From contig CBDFLE010000006.1 in the NCBI GenBank assembly GCA_965248925.1, positions 3,488,001-3,552,000 on the forward strand: DNA of 64,000 bases, written 5' to 3'. Within the stretch, counting starts at the first letter, position 1. Each line of letters begins with the position of its first letter. This stretch comes from Candidatus Multivoradales bacterium (GTDB taxonomy: Bacteria > Acidobacteriota > Thermoanaerobaculia > Multivoradales > J023). Under the pieces are notes generated by a model, which made no database searches, had not been told where the DNA came from, and was given only the letters and a program-made list of their open reading frames with translations. This document shows, one piece after another, positions 1 to 10,181 of this stretch. The position numbers and the translations under genes are program-made.

Positions 1-353
1 TGGTCGACTACATCAACACTCTGCGCCGCCGCGGCCTGGCCTTGGAGCGGGCGGTGCTTGAAGCCGGGCGGGTGCGGCTGCGGCCGATCCTAATGACCAC
101 CGCCACCACCGCATTGGGCTTGGCGCCGATGGCTGCGGGCCTGGGCGATGGCGCCGAAATTCGCCGGCCGATGGCGATCGCGGTGATCAGCGGACTGGTG
201 GTCTCGACCCTGCTGACGCTGGTGGTGATTCCGTCGTTCTACACCTCGATCGGCCGTTTACAAGCCCGTTGGCTGGGGCCTGGCGCGCTCGAACCAACCA
301 CTGCACCGGCGGCCGATCCGGCTCGGAGAAAGCTAGATGCAACCAGCAACTGA
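1..353 (+). CDS. RND (AcrB/AcrD/AcrF family) efflux transporter, C-terminal part (gene starts before the window)
   Basis: Typical RND C-terminus RLRPILMTT...GL.PMA...RRPMAIAVISGL..STLLTLVVIP; frame is open from the window start. Confidence 0.9.
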   Translation, partial: VDYINTLRRRGLALERAVLEAGRVRLRPILMTTATTALGLAPMAAGLGDGAEIRRPMAIAVISGLVVSTLLTLVVIPSFYTSIGRLQARWLGPGALEPTTAPAADPARRKLDATSN

Positions 354-3300
354 TCGTCGGCCGGACTCAGGTGAGGCCGTCCTGCCCCGCTTTTCCCTCG
401 ATCGGCGGGTCACCATCTTGGTGCTGTTGGCCACCTTTCTGGTGCTGGGTTCGCTGGCCATGTGGAATATCCCGCTGGAGCTGATCCCGCGGGGCTTTGA
501 GGAAAGTTCGCTGCAAGTGCGAGCGATGTGGAAAAACGCCCCGGCCCAGGAGGTGCTCGACAAGCTCACCTTGCCGCTCGAGCAAGAACTTTCGACCATC
601 CCCGGCATTCTTAATCTCAACACCTTTACCACTACCGGCTTGTCGCGTTGCTTCATCAGTTTCAAACATGGTAGCGACATGGGTGTGGTCTACCGCGAGG
701 TTCGTGACCGCATCGAACGGGCCAAAGCGAGGATGCCCGAAGACCTCGACCGAGTGTTGATCTCCAAGCAAGACTCCACCAGCATTCCGGTCTTCGCCAT
801 GGGGCTGACTATCGACCCCGAGCTGACTGACGCCTACAACTTGATTCAGACCGAGGTGCTGCTGCCCCTACAACGCATCGACGGGGTTGCCGCGGTCGAT
901 ATCCAGGGGCTGGCTGAGAAGGAAGTGTTGATTGAACTTGATCGCGAGCGCACCGCCGCGGCCGGTTTGAACATCTATCAGATCGGTCTTGAGCTGGGCG
1001 ATGACAACTTCACTTTGGCCAGTGGCACGGTGCGTTCGGCAGGCAAGAAGATGCTGCTGCGTTCGGTCGCCCGCTTTGTCGACCTGGAGGCCATCAAGCG
1101 TCGTCGGGTCGGTGGTCAAACTCGCCTTGAGGATATTGCCAGGGTGAGCTATCGCGAGCCCGAGGTCAGGTATCGGGCGCGGGCCAACAGTCAGCCGGCG
1201 GCCTTCTTGGTGATCTTCAAAGAGGGTGAGGCCAACGCCCTGGAGGTCGGCGACAAAGTGGCGGCGGCGGTCGAGCGAATGCGCAACAACCCCCGCCTCG
1301 ACCGCCTTGGCATGACCGATTTCTTCAATCAGGGCTCGACTATTCGCGATTCGCTGGGAGTGATGATCGACAGTGGTCGGATAGGTGCTTTGTTCGCCGC
1401 ATTGGTGCTGTTTTTCTTTCTCCGCCGATTCCGCATGACCCTGATCATCAGCCTGTCGATTCCGCTTAGCCTGTTCATCGGCATCACCGCTCTTTACTTC
1501 GCCGGCGAGACCTTGAATGTGCTGTCGTTGCTCGGTCTGATGATCTCAGTGGGCTTGTTGGTGGATAACTCGGTGGTGGTGGCGGAGAACATCTTCCGCC
1601 TGCATCGCCGGGGGCTCGATCGTCGGCAGGCGACGATTCGTGGTACTGGCGAGATCTCGCTGGCGGTGTTGATGGCTACCCTGACCACCATCGTCGTCTT
1701 TCTACCGGTGTCACTGGTCGACGGCAAAGCCCGCTTTCTGATGATGCGCCTGTCCTTGCCGATCACCGCTTCGCTCTTGGCATCATTGGTCGTAGCGCTG
1801 ATCTTTGTGCCGTTGGCGGTTTACTTGACTTTGCCGAGCAAGGCTGGCAAGGGTTCCTCGGGGCGGCTCGGGAGCCGATCTCAAGAACTCTTGCGGCGGC
1901 TCTATGAGCACACGGTAGGGCGGATCAATCGAGCCTACACCAGCTTGCTGGCGGTTTTTCTCGGCCGCCGGTTCGATCTACTGCTGGTGGTCATGGCGAT
2001 CTCTGTGGCCACCTTTTTGCTGCCAATGCAGCAGGTCGAACTCACCGATGTGCAAGAACAAGAAGGGGGTTTTGTCGAGATTGACATGGTGATGCCGCAG
2101 GGCAACACCCTCGAAGACTCGGACGCGTACTTTGCCATCGTCGAACAACGGCTCGAGGAAAACCTCGAACGCCTCGATCTCGACGGTTATTTTATTTTCC
2201 ATCGCGCCCATCACGGTGAGGTTCAGGGTTGGTTCAACAAGCCGCGCAACAACGAGTTGACGCCGCGGCAAGTGACCGAGGAGATCCTTGCCCTGATGCC
2301 TGAGAAAGCCGGTGCCAAGCTTTACACCGGACTTGAAAGCGACGATGAAGAGAGCACCGAGAAAGTCGAAGTGATGACCTTGGTGGGCACCGATGCGGCG
2401 GAGCTCGACGTTATCGCGACGCGTTTCGAAGAGGTCTTGGTAGCGGTGCCCGGCGTGCTGGGGGCGAAGCGCAGCGGCGAACTCGAAGCCAGCGAGCTGG
2501 GGTTGGTGGTCAACCGCGACCTCGCTCAACGGCTCGATCTCAGCCCGGCGGCGGTGGCTGGGGTGGTGCGCAACGCTATCGGTGGCCGTTCGTTGCCAAA
2601 GATCTATCGCGATGGGCGCGAGATTCCGGTGCGGGTACAATTTCAGCAAGCCGATCGCGAACGGCTCGATCAACTGTTCGATTTTCGGGTACCCGCTAGT
2701 AACGGCGAGTTGGTGGCACTAGGTACAGTGACCGAGGCATCTCGATTGCCCGCCAACCAGCGGATTTTTCGACGCAACAAACAAGTGGCTCGCACCATCA
2801 CCTTGGAACTCGAAGAAGACGCTGGCAAGGAAACCCGTGACCAGCTGTGGGCTCTGGCCGCCAAGCTCGATTTACCGGAGGGTGTGAGGCTCAAGGGTGA
2901 GCGTCGGGGTGGTGGTCAGCAAGATGATCAGGCGGCGCTTATGTTCGCCATCTTGCTGTCGATTGCATTTATCTACTTGTTGATGGGTTTTCTCTTCGAG
3001 AGCTTCATCCTTCCTTTGTCCATTGTGCCGACCATTCCCTTGGCGATCCTTGGAGTTTATTGGATTCATTATGCCGCGGGTTACGATCTCGACATGTTGG
3101 GTATGGTTGGGGTGGTGCTGCTGATCGGTGTGGTGGTCAACAACGGTATAGTTCTGGTCGATACCATCAACCGCTTGCGCGCCGCTGGCGATTCGCGCCG
3201 CCAAGCGGTGCTCGAATCGGCCGATCGGCGCTTCCGACCGATCATGATGACCGCGCTGACCACAGTCTGTGGCATGGTGCCCCTGACCCTCGCCGGTTCC

Positions 3301-3492
3301 TCGTCCATCGGCCTGAGCTACACCAGCTTCGGCCTCACCCTGATCGGCGGCATGACCACCGCCACAGTTCTCACCTTGCTGGTGGTGCCGGTGGCCTACA
3401 CCCTCTTCGACGATTTGGGGGACGTTCTGCTGCGGGTCTTGAGGCGGGTGTTTAGCGGCGGGCGGCAGGCAGCGGACTCGATGACGAGGTAA
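337..3492 (+). CDS. RND (AcrB family) efflux transporter permease, second subunit of a tandem pair
   Basis: 1051 aa; GLLVDNSVVVAENI, GVVVNNGIVLVD and RFRPIMMTALTT motifs; two transmembrane bundles separated by large periplasmic loops. Confidence 0.93.
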   Translation: MQPATDRRPDSGEAVLPRFSLDRRVTILVLLATFLVLGSLAMWNIPLELIPRGFEESSLQVRAMWKNAPAQEVLDKLTLPLEQELSTIPGILNLNTFTTTGLSRCFISFKHGSDMGVVYREVRDRIERAKARMPEDLDRVLISKQDSTSIPVFAMGLTIDPELTDAYNLIQTEVLLPLQRIDGVAAVDIQGLAEKEVLIELDRERTAAAGLNIYQIGLELGDDNFTLASGTVRSAGKKMLLRSVARFVDLEAIKRRRVGGQTRLEDIARVSYREPEVRYRARANSQPAAFLVIFKEGEANALEVGDKVAAAVERMRNNPRLDRLGMTDFFNQGSTIRDSLGVMIDSGRIGALFAALVLFFFLRRFRMTLIISLSIPLSLFIGITALYFAGETLNVLSLLGLMISVGLLVDNSVVVAENIFRLHRRGLDRRQATIRGTGEISLAVLMATLTTIVVFLPVSLVDGKARFLMMRLSLPITASLLASLVVALIFVPLAVYLTLPSKAGKGSSGRLGSRSQELLRRLYEHTVGRINRAYTSLLAVFLGRRFDLLLVVMAISVATFLLPMQQVELTDVQEQEGGFVEIDMVMPQGNTLEDSDAYFAIVEQRLEENLERLDLDGYFIFHRAHHGEVQGWFNKPRNNELTPRQVTEEILALMPEKAGAKLYTGLESDDEESTEKVEVMTLVGTDAAELDVIATRFEEVLVAVPGVLGAKRSGELEASELGLVVNRDLAQRLDLSPAAVAGVVRNAIGGRSLPKIYRDGREIPVRVQFQQADRERLDQLFDFRVPASNGELVALGTVTEASRLPANQRIFRRNKQVARTITLELEEDAGKETRDQLWALAAKLDLPEGVRLKGERRGGGQQDDQAALMFAILLSIAFIYLLMGFLFESFILPLSIVPTIPLAILGVYWIHYAAGYDLDMLGMVGVVLLIGVVVNNGIVLVDTINRLRAAGDSRRQAVLESADRRFRPIMMTALTTVCGMVPLTLAGSSSIGLSYTSFGLTLIGGMTTATVLTLLVVPVAYTLFDDLGDVLLRVLRRVFSGGRQAADSMTR

Positions 3493-3686
3493 AGCAGGTT
3501 CAATCTGTTAGGCTCCAAGCACCAACCGGAATCTGCTCAGCTTTGTCTAGAGCCGAGGGGTAGTGAATTGAGACAAGACCAAGTGGAATCAATAACCGTT
3601 CCTGCTTGCTCAGTGGTTCAGGGAAGCGATTGTCGGGCATGAGAGTCCAAGCAACTATGCGACCAAACCAACGGAAGGGTGAAGAG

Positions 3687-4388
3687 ATGCGCCGAAGATC
3701 CTGCCTCAGTACCGTATATCTCCTACCTCAGAGATGGCAGATTTTGCCTCTCGCCCTCTTCATGCTCGGCCTCTTCACGGTCCTGCCGCTGACCGCGCAA
3801 CTCCCCCCGAGCCACCAGCGCGGAGTGACCGCCGACACCGCCTACCAGATTGGCGACCTGGATCAGATCAATCTCTTCAACGGCAGCCTGACCGTATCTC
3901 TACCGATCGGCATCACCTATCCGGTCGGCCCGTCCCTGAGCTTCAGCCTGACCGCCTCGTACAGCTCCGGTGGCTGGGAGTACGATGAGAATCACCAATG
4001 TCAAGACATCAATCCACCCTTCGCGCTGCGTACCTACAGCCTGCCGATCCAGGATCTCAAGACGCAGGCCGGCTTCGGCTGGAGAGTCAGCCTCGGAGAG
4101 CTGATCGCGCCACGTAACAGTCCGACGACAACGCCTGAGATTTACGTCGATCCAAGTGGCGGCGAGCACAGGTTTTATACCGAGCTGCATCCCGGCGGTT
4201 TTCCAGCGACACCGCAGCCCAGCACCTGGTTCACCAACGACAGTACCTATTTGCGTCTACGCAAGCGCAATCCGGGGGTGTGCGAGCTGCCGTCTGGCAC
4301 CTTTGTCGATCAGAGCTGCTACACGGTAGAATTTTCTGGCGGCGAGCTGCACGAGTTCCATAACTACGCCTCAGTCGGCGATCTCTGA
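3687..4388 (+). CDS. N-terminal part of the Rhs/YD-repeat protein (signal peptide plus N-terminal domain), cut off from the rest by an in-frame TGA
   Basis: Hydrophobic stretch ending LPLTA-Q, then INLFNGSLTVSLP. The TGA at 4386-4388 is followed in frame by CGC CTG ACC CGG ATG (RLTRM), continuous with ORF 4401..8768. Confidence 0.75.
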   Translation: MRRRSCLSTVYLLPQRWQILPLALFMLGLFTVLPLTAQLPPSHQRGVTADTAYQIGDLDQINLFNGSLTVSLPIGITYPVGPSLSFSLTASYSSGGWEYDENHQCQDINPPFALRTYSLPIQDLKTQAGFGWRVSLGELIAPRNSPTTTPEIYVDPSGGEHRFYTELHPGGFPATPQPSTWFTNDSTYLRLRKRNPGVCELPSGTFVDQSCYTVEFSGGELHEFHNYASVGDL

Positions 4389-4400
4389 CGCCTGACCCGG

Positions 4401-7400
4401 ATGGAGGATCGCTTCGGCAATTGGATCAATGTGCGCTATGCCAACGATGGCGACTGGACATTGACCGACAGCCAAGGGCGCACTCACACGGTGGATTTTG
4501 TCGGTGGCAGAGTCGCCACCGTGAGGCTCGAAGCCTTCGGCAGCCAAAGCAACTCGACCTTCCTCTTTCAGTACCGCACCGAAACTCTAGAACGGCAGTT
4601 CGGTTTCCGCCCCGGCTGCGTGCCGATAGCCGAGCACACCCTCACCACCCAGGTGCTCGACCGGGTGGTGTTGCCCGACGGTTCGTTCTACGAGATGGAC
4701 TACCTGACTGTCGACAACCTGCTCTCGGGCGGCTTGTCGAAGCTGCGCTTGCCCACCGGCGGCGCCTACGGCTACGACTACCAGCTCTTCCCCTTCCAAA
4801 CCCAGCTGGCCGACCTCTTCCACGCTCCCGATTGGGGCACGGTGGCGCGGGGAGTCAAGAGCAAGCATCTCTTCCTCGACGACGGCGACACCACCCCCTA
4901 CGCCACCTGGAGCTACACCTACGACACCGCAAACCCGCAAGCCCCCGGCGATCCGCTGGGCCACCCCTGCTTCCACTCGATGAAAGTGACTGATCCGCTG
5001 GGCTTCGAGACGGTGGGCTATTTCTCCACCGTCGGCGCCAACAATCGCTGGTCCTACGGCCTGCCCTACACCTACTGCGATCCCATCAGCGGCAGCTTCT
5101 CAGAAGCCGGTCCCTTCCTCTCTCAAGAGCTTTTCGACGCTGGAGGCGTCAAGCTGCGCTCCATCTTCGTCGAGTTCGACAGCGATGGCCGCGACGCCGG
5201 CAACTACAACGAGAAAGCCCACCGCTTGCGCTACCGCAAGGAGACCTTCCACGACGACGGCGGCAAGGTCCGCGAAGTCACCTTCTCGGACTTCGATGGC
5301 CTGGGCCACTTCCGCACCATGACCACCGGCGGCAGCTTCGGCGCCGCCGACGTGCGCACCAGCAGCACCACCTACAACGCCAACCCCGACGACAGCTCGA
5401 TCGACCCGGCAACCGATCTCGTGCTGCCAAGCCACAACGCGCGCTGGATCTTGGAGACCTGGGACGAGCAGTCGGTGAGCGAAGGCGGGACCACCGAGAA
5501 AGCCGAGTTCTGCTTCAGTAGCACCACCGGCTTCCTCGAACGCCGCCGCCAGCTGGCTGGCAGCAGCCGTCAGAGCCGCGACGTGGTGAGCCTCCTCACC
5601 TCGACCGACGGCTTCGTCACCGGCGAGCGGGTCTATGGCGGCGACACCCAGAACCTCGGCACCGGCTCCTTGTGCAGCCTCGGCTTGTCCGGCCCGACCT
5701 ACCGCACCGACCACGTCTACGCCAGCGGCAGCCTGCGCAAGTCGACGGCGGTGGACTGCACCGGCACCGCGATCCTCACCCTGGCCGACTACGACATCGA
5801 CTCAGACACCGGCCTGGTGGCCACCAGCCGCGACGCGGCCGGCCTGGGCACCAGCTTCACTTACGATCGCTTGGGCCGCTTGACCGGCCAGCGCCCGGCC
5901 GAGCTGGGCTGGACCCAGTGGACCTACACCCTGCCCACCACCGCCAACCCCAGTCTTGCCCCCAAGCTCACCGAGCAACAGTGCCAGCCCTTCCAGACCT
6001 CCTGCAGCGGCACCGATCTGATGAGCTTCCGCGAGCACCGCTACGACGGCCTCGGCCGGCGGCTGCAAGAAACCGTGCGCATCCCCATCGCCAACGCTGG
6101 CCAGACCGAGCTCTGGCATCGCTACACGACCTGGAACCCACGTCACTGGAAGACGGACGAGTCGGTGTGGACCACCGCCTCAGCGGCCGGCGAAAGCCGG
6201 CGCACGACCTACCTCGCCTACGACCGCTTCGGCCGCCCCGGCCGGGTCAAGCCGCCAGAACAGCCGGCGACCTTCTTCACCTACCAGGGCGACCGGGTGC
6301 AGACCCGGCGCTTCAAAGTGCAGCTGACCAGTGGCCAGCAGGACACCTACGTCACCGAGATCATGGACGGCCAGGGCCGTCTGGCCGAGGTCTGCGAGGG
6401 CAGTTCCGCCGCCTGGTCTGGCAGCTGTGGTGGTGGCGGTCTGCTGACCCGCTATTCCTATGACGATGGTGGCAGACTGACCAAAGTGTGCCAGAACCTC
6501 AGCGGCTCGACCTGCGGCCAGACCCGCTTGTTCAGCTATGACGGTCGCGGTTTCCTACTCTCCGAGACCCATCCCGAGATCGGACCCTCGGGCAACGGCC
6601 GCATCGATTACCGCTTCGACGCCGGCGGCAACGCCACCTCCAAAGATCTGATCGGCAGCACCGCCTTCGATCTGAGCTTCGATTTCGACGCCGCCGGCCG
6701 ACTGATCAGAGTCCTCGAATCGAGCAATGGCGCGGGGAGCACCCCGCGTCTGCAGAAGCAGTTCCGCTACGCCCGCACCAACTCTGGCAGCGACCACCGG
6801 GCCGGGAAGCTGGTGCAGACCGTGCGCCACAACTGGGTCGACATTCAGAGCCCCCTGGCCCCCGAGCCCGGCTCCCTCGACGTCAAGCTCTCCGAGAGCT
6901 TCCGCTACACCGGTCGTCAGGGCCTGATGTCGGAGAAGCAGACCCGCTACCAATTCTTCGCCGGCAACTACGCCTTCACCACCGGCTTCGCCTTCGACAC
7001 CCAGGGCAATTTGTCACAACTCGATTACCCCAGCTGTCAGCACGCCGACGGTGGCTGTGCCACCAACGATCCGCAGCGCACAGTGAATTTCAACTACGAG
7101 AAGGGTATGCTCAGGTCCGTGCCTGGATTCGCCAACAACCTCACCTACCAGAGCGGTGGCATGCTGCATCAGCTCGCCCACAGCGATGGTGTAGTCGACA
7201 GCCAAGAAGTCAGCAGCTTGAACGGCCTCGCCCGGCCGCACCAGCTGACCACCTCTGCGGGCTGGAGCAGCGGTAACTTCGCCTACGACGGAGCTGGAAA
7301 TATCTCCGCCATTGGCAACTTGGCGTACCGCTATGACCGCCTCGGCAGGTTGATCTCCGGCCAGACCTCCGTCGGTGCCACCCTCTTCACCCAGACCGCG

Positions 7401-8768
7401 AGCTTCGACAATTTCGGCAACATCCAGCAGCTATCAACACCCGGCTTCGCGGCTCTCAATCTCAACCCCAGCGCCACCACCAACCGCCTCGGCCTCTCGG
7501 GCGCTCAGTACGACGCGGCCGGCAATCTGACCGACATCACCCTCGGCAGCGAGAGCTTCGACTACGCCTTCGACGGCGCCAACATGATGAAGCACCTGCG
7601 CTCGAACACCGATCAAGCGCGGGTCTTCATCTACAACGCCAGCGACGAGCGGATCCTCACCTTCGACTGCTTCGGCCCCGGCGCCACCAGCACTTGCACC
7701 ACCCAGCCCGCCAGCCTCACCTGGACCCTACGCGGTCTCGGCAACGAAGTCCTGCGAGTCTACGATCAGCCAGCTGGCGGCGCCTTCAGCTGGAGTCGAG
7801 ACTACGTCCATCGCGGCGGGCAGCCCCTCGCCACCATCGAGCCCGAGGGTAGCGGTGGCGAGATGACGTCGCATCTCCATCTTGATCACCTGGGCACACC
7901 CCGGCAGATCACCCGAGGGGGTCAGCAGGTGGCGTTGCACAACTACTTTCCCTTTGGTCAAGAGGCGACCAGCGCGGAGGCTGACGAGATCCAGCTGAAA
8001 TTCACCGGTCATGAGCGGGACAAGACCGGGACCGGGGCGAGGAGCGAGCTGGACTACATGCATGCGCGGCATTGCAGTCCGGTGGTGGGGCGGTTCTTGA
8101 GTGTGGACCCGGCGAAGTCCGCCAAGCCCAGCGCGCCGGGAAGCTGGAACCGCTATTCCTATGCGGGGAACAACCCGATCAACGAGATCGACCCCAATGG
8201 GCGAGAAAGCCGTGCGGCGATGGCTCTCGAACAAGATATACAGCGCTTGATGCGGGGCGAGATCACCCAGGAGCAGTACATTGAGAACATCAATGCTCGG
8301 GGAATGGGAGCACTGTTTGCTGCCAGCCTTCTCTCGCCAGTCGACGAGACGACTCTTGTTGTCGCTGTTACTCGAAAAGCACTTCCTAGTGTTGGGTCAA
8401 AGCTGTCTGCTGTCTTTGCTCGACTTGGTAAGGTCTTTCAACGGGGATCGCGCGGAGGAGCAAAGGGGGCAGCGAGCGTTGACGACCTGCTTCGGGCTGG
8501 CCAGCAACTGGATAGAAATGGACTTAGCAGAGCTGGGCGCTCTCTACAGAAGCACGGAGACAGAGCAGACAGCGTTTTTCCACGGTCAACGGGCAATGCA
8601 GCTGCAAGGAACGATCAAGGACAACAGATCCTTGAAGAGATCTTGAACAGCTCGAACCAGACTACTCGGGCAAATCGCCTCGGTGGACGGGATATTTTCG
8701 ATACTGCCAGTGGGCGCGGAGTACGCTTCGACGGAGATGGGCAGTTCATAGGATTCCTAGATCCATGA
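4401..8768 (+). CDS. Rhs/YD-repeat polymorphic toxin, main body, ending in tip A
   Basis: Many YD repeats (YDRLGRL, YDGLGR, YDGAGN); Rhs core DHLGTPR...YFPFG...KFTGHERD...LDYMHAR...GRFLSVDP...WNRYSY..NNPIN.IDPNG, followed by a variable C-terminal domain. Confidence 0.93.
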   Translation: MEDRFGNWINVRYANDGDWTLTDSQGRTHTVDFVGGRVATVRLEAFGSQSNSTFLFQYRTETLERQFGFRPGCVPIAEHTLTTQVLDRVVLPDGSFYEMDYLTVDNLLSGGLSKLRLPTGGAYGYDYQLFPFQTQLADLFHAPDWGTVARGVKSKHLFLDDGDTTPYATWSYTYDTANPQAPGDPLGHPCFHSMKVTDPLGFETVGYFSTVGANNRWSYGLPYTYCDPISGSFSEAGPFLSQELFDAGGVKLRSIFVEFDSDGRDAGNYNEKAHRLRYRKETFHDDGGKVREVTFSDFDGLGHFRTMTTGGSFGAADVRTSSTTYNANPDDSSIDPATDLVLPSHNARWILETWDEQSVSEGGTTEKAEFCFSSTTGFLERRRQLAGSSRQSRDVVSLLTSTDGFVTGERVYGGDTQNLGTGSLCSLGLSGPTYRTDHVYASGSLRKSTAVDCTGTAILTLADYDIDSDTGLVATSRDAAGLGTSFTYDRLGRLTGQRPAELGWTQWTYTLPTTANPSLAPKLTEQQCQPFQTSCSGTDLMSFREHRYDGLGRRLQETVRIPIANAGQTELWHRYTTWNPRHWKTDESVWTTASAAGESRRTTYLAYDRFGRPGRVKPPEQPATFFTYQGDRVQTRRFKVQLTSGQQDTYVTEIMDGQGRLAEVCEGSSAAWSGSCGGGGLLTRYSYDDGGRLTKVCQNLSGSTCGQTRLFSYDGRGFLLSETHPEIGPSGNGRIDYRFDAGGNATSKDLIGSTAFDLSFDFDAAGRLIRVLESSNGAGSTPRLQKQFRYARTNSGSDHRAGKLVQTVRHNWVDIQSPLAPEPGSLDVKLSESFRYTGRQGLMSEKQTRYQFFAGNYAFTTGFAFDTQGNLSQLDYPSCQHADGGCATNDPQRTVNFNYEKGMLRSVPGFANNLTYQSGGMLHQLAHSDGVVDSQEVSSLNGLARPHQLTTSAGWSSGNFAYDGAGNISAIGNLAYRYDRLGRLISGQTSVGATLFTQTASFDNFGNIQQLSTPGFAALNLNPSATTNRLGLSGAQYDAAGNLTDITLGSESFDYAFDGANMMKHLRSNTDQARVFIYNASDERILTFDCFGPGATSTCTTQPASLTWTLRGLGNEVLRVYDQPAGGAFSWSRDYVHRGGQPLATIEPEGSGGEMTSHLHLDHLGTPRQITRGGQQVALHNYFPFGQEATSAEADEIQLKFTGHERDKTGTGARSELDYMHARHCSPVVGRFLSVDPAKSAKPSAPGSWNRYSYAGNNPINEIDPNGRESRAAMALEQDIQRLMRGEITQEQYIENINARGMGALFAASLLSPVDETTLVVAVTRKALPSVGSKLSAVFARLGKVFQRGSRGGAKGAASVDDLLRAGQQLDRNGLSRAGRSLQKHGDRADSVFPRSTGNAAARNDQGQQILEEILNSSNQTTRANRLGGRDIFDTASGRGVRFDGDGQFIGFLDP
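7899..7926 (+). other. Putative attL junction: host arm CCCCGGCAGAT, core CACCCG, element arm AGGGGGTCAGC
   Basis: Identity with the three downstream tip copies starts exactly at TCACCCGAGG (7909); codon style shifts from C-rich to G-rich here. Confidence 0.7.
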
Positions 8769-9019
8769 AGCGGGATGAGTTCTCAGCTGGCCATTTCAGC
8801 GTGATGATTGCCAGCGATCTGGATCACGAGAAGGTTTACGCAGAGATCTACTGTGATGACAAGTTTGTGGCGCTCGTGAGCCAGGAGCATGGCCTTGAGC
8901 ACAAAATGTTAGAGGTGCCAGGGCCTGGGCTTGTGGAAGAACAAATCTCTCGGGAGGTGGATCTCAAGGGTTTTCAGCACGCTCTTGAGCTAGCCGCGAG
9001 AAAGCTGCACGGCGAGTAG
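8765..9019 (+). CDS. Putative immunity protein for tip A
   Basis: 84 aa acidic ORF overlapping the toxin stop codon (ATGA); the position is typical of rhs immunity genes. Confidence 0.75.
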   Translation: MKRDEFSAGHFSVMIASDLDHEKVYAEIYCDDKFVALVSQEHGLEHKMLEVPGPGLVEEQISREVDLKGFQHALELAARKLHGE

Positions 9020-9057
9020 GCCGCGTTGGCCAACCTTTGACAGTAGCTCGCCATCAT

Positions 9058-9084
9058 GAGTGCCCGGTGTCCCACCGGGCACTC
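9058..9084. terminator. Perfect 12-bp hairpin between the convergent immunity and XRE genes
   Basis: GAGTGCCCGGTG-TCC-CACCGGGCACTC; no clear U-tract. Confidence 0.5.
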
Positions 9085-9462
9085 TCACTGGTGGAGCACT
9101 TCTTCGATCTGGTGCTTCTTGATGTAGGCGTCGATAAGGGAGGTGACGACGTGGCGATCATCGTCGCTCATCCGCTCGACCGCTTCGAACTGGCGTAGCA
9201 ACTCCCGATCCCGCAAGGCAGCCCCACGGGCTGCATCCCCATCGAGATCATCCCGCAGTAGAAAATCGATCGAGACGTCGAGAACATCGGCGAGCCTGAC
9301 GGCAGTTTCGGCGTTGGGCATGGCTTGGCCAATCTCATACTTGCCTACATGGCGACCGTGGATGCCGACCCGTTTGCCGAACTCGTCCTGGGACCATCCG
9401 CGCTCTTTGCGCAGCTTGCGGAGCTTCTGGCCGAAGCTGGGGGCGTCTGTAGTCATCTCCAT
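9085..9462 (-). CDS. XRE-family HTH repressor, type 1
   Basis: FGQKLRKLRKERGWSQDEFGKRVGIHGRHVGKYEIG..MPNAET..RLADVLDVSIDFL. Confidence 0.9.
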   Translation of the reverse strand: MEMTTDAPSFGQKLRKLRKERGWSQDEFGKRVGIHGRHVGKYEIGQAMPNAETAVRLADVLDVSIDFLLRDDLDGDAARGAALRDRELLRQFEAVERMSDDDRHVVTSLIDAYIKKHQIEEVLHQ

Positions 9463-9551
9463 CCGTTGCCTCTCGCTATGAATCTCCGCAAATTCTACAG
9501 CGCAAGCACCTCGCCATCAAGGGAAATGGAGTCTCGGGGCAGAGTTCTTAC

Positions 9552-9581
9552 TTGTAAAACCACGTCTATGCGCTATATAAT
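9552..9581 (+). promoter_or_regulatory. Putative sigma70 promoter of the SymE-primase-integrase operon, unit 1
   Basis: TTGTAA-18 bp-TATAAT in the divergent intergenic region. Confidence 0.55.
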
Positions 9582-9667
9582 CGAGTCAATCGATGCGTAT
9601 GGTGCTCGCTATGAAAACGAGCCCATCAGCTACAACAGAAAGACAGAATCTTGCCGGAGGATCTCCA

Positions 9668-9964
9668 ATGACCGAGCACAAGCTAACGATCTCCGCCCTG
9701 TACCGCCCCGGCTGGCACGTCTTGCCCAGATCGGCACAGCTGCCATTGCTGCAAGTGGTCGGCCCATGGCTCCAGGACGCTGGCTTCTACCCCGGTGCGC
9801 GAGTGCGGATCGATGTGGTGGGTGACGGGCGTTTGGTGGTGACGCGGGTGGAAGAGGGCGAGGAGGAGAGGGAAATGCAGCCGGTGGTGTGGGTGCCGGC
9901 GGATCAGATCGGCCGGATTGATGAGGTCTCGGCAAGTCGCCTGGCAGGAGCAGCCTGTGTCTGA
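9668..9964 (+). CDS. SymE-like (AbrB-fold) protein 1, unit 1
   Basis: PLLQVVGPWLQDAGFYPGARVRIDV motif; GGAGG RBS before the ATG at 9668. Confidence 0.7.
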   Translation: MTEHKLTISALYRPGWHVLPRSAQLPLLQVVGPWLQDAGFYPGARVRIDVVGDGRLVVTRVEEGEEEREMQPVVWVPADQIGRIDEVSASRLAGAACV

Positions 9965-10181
9965 GTCGAGAGCTGAGCGGCATCTGACGATCTCTACCCT
10001 GCACGAGCCCCGCGCACCGCACTACATCAACGGTCCGTGCTCGGTGCGGCTTGTGCCGTTTGTGCGGATGCGGGGGGCTTGGCTGGAAGCAGCGGGGTTT
10101 CGCTGTGGGGAGCGGCTGCGGGTGGAGGTCGAGCAGGATCGTTTGGTGCTTACTCCGGTGGGATCGGAGGCGGCACGGTGA
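9957..10181 (+). CDS. SymE-family protein 2, unit 1
   Basis: VPFVRMRGAWLEAAGFRCGERLRVEVEQDRLVLT matches the SymE pattern; GTG start after GGAG, overlapping both neighbours. Confidence 0.75.
   Translation: MSESRAERHLTISTLHEPRAPHYINGPCSVRLVPFVRMRGAWLEAAGFRCGERLRVEVEQDRLVLTPVGSEAAR

Noticed and set aside
4386-4388. TGA read as Trp (genetic code 4) or selenocysteine
   Set aside because: TGA is the normal stop of many coupled genes here, and neither a redox-motif context nor an evident SECIS hairpin is present
10037-10177. Longer N-terminus for the primase as given in the ORF track (also 17908 and 25665)
   Set aside because: It overlaps the SymE gene; the GTG at 10178 has a GGAGG RBS and overlaps the SymE stop
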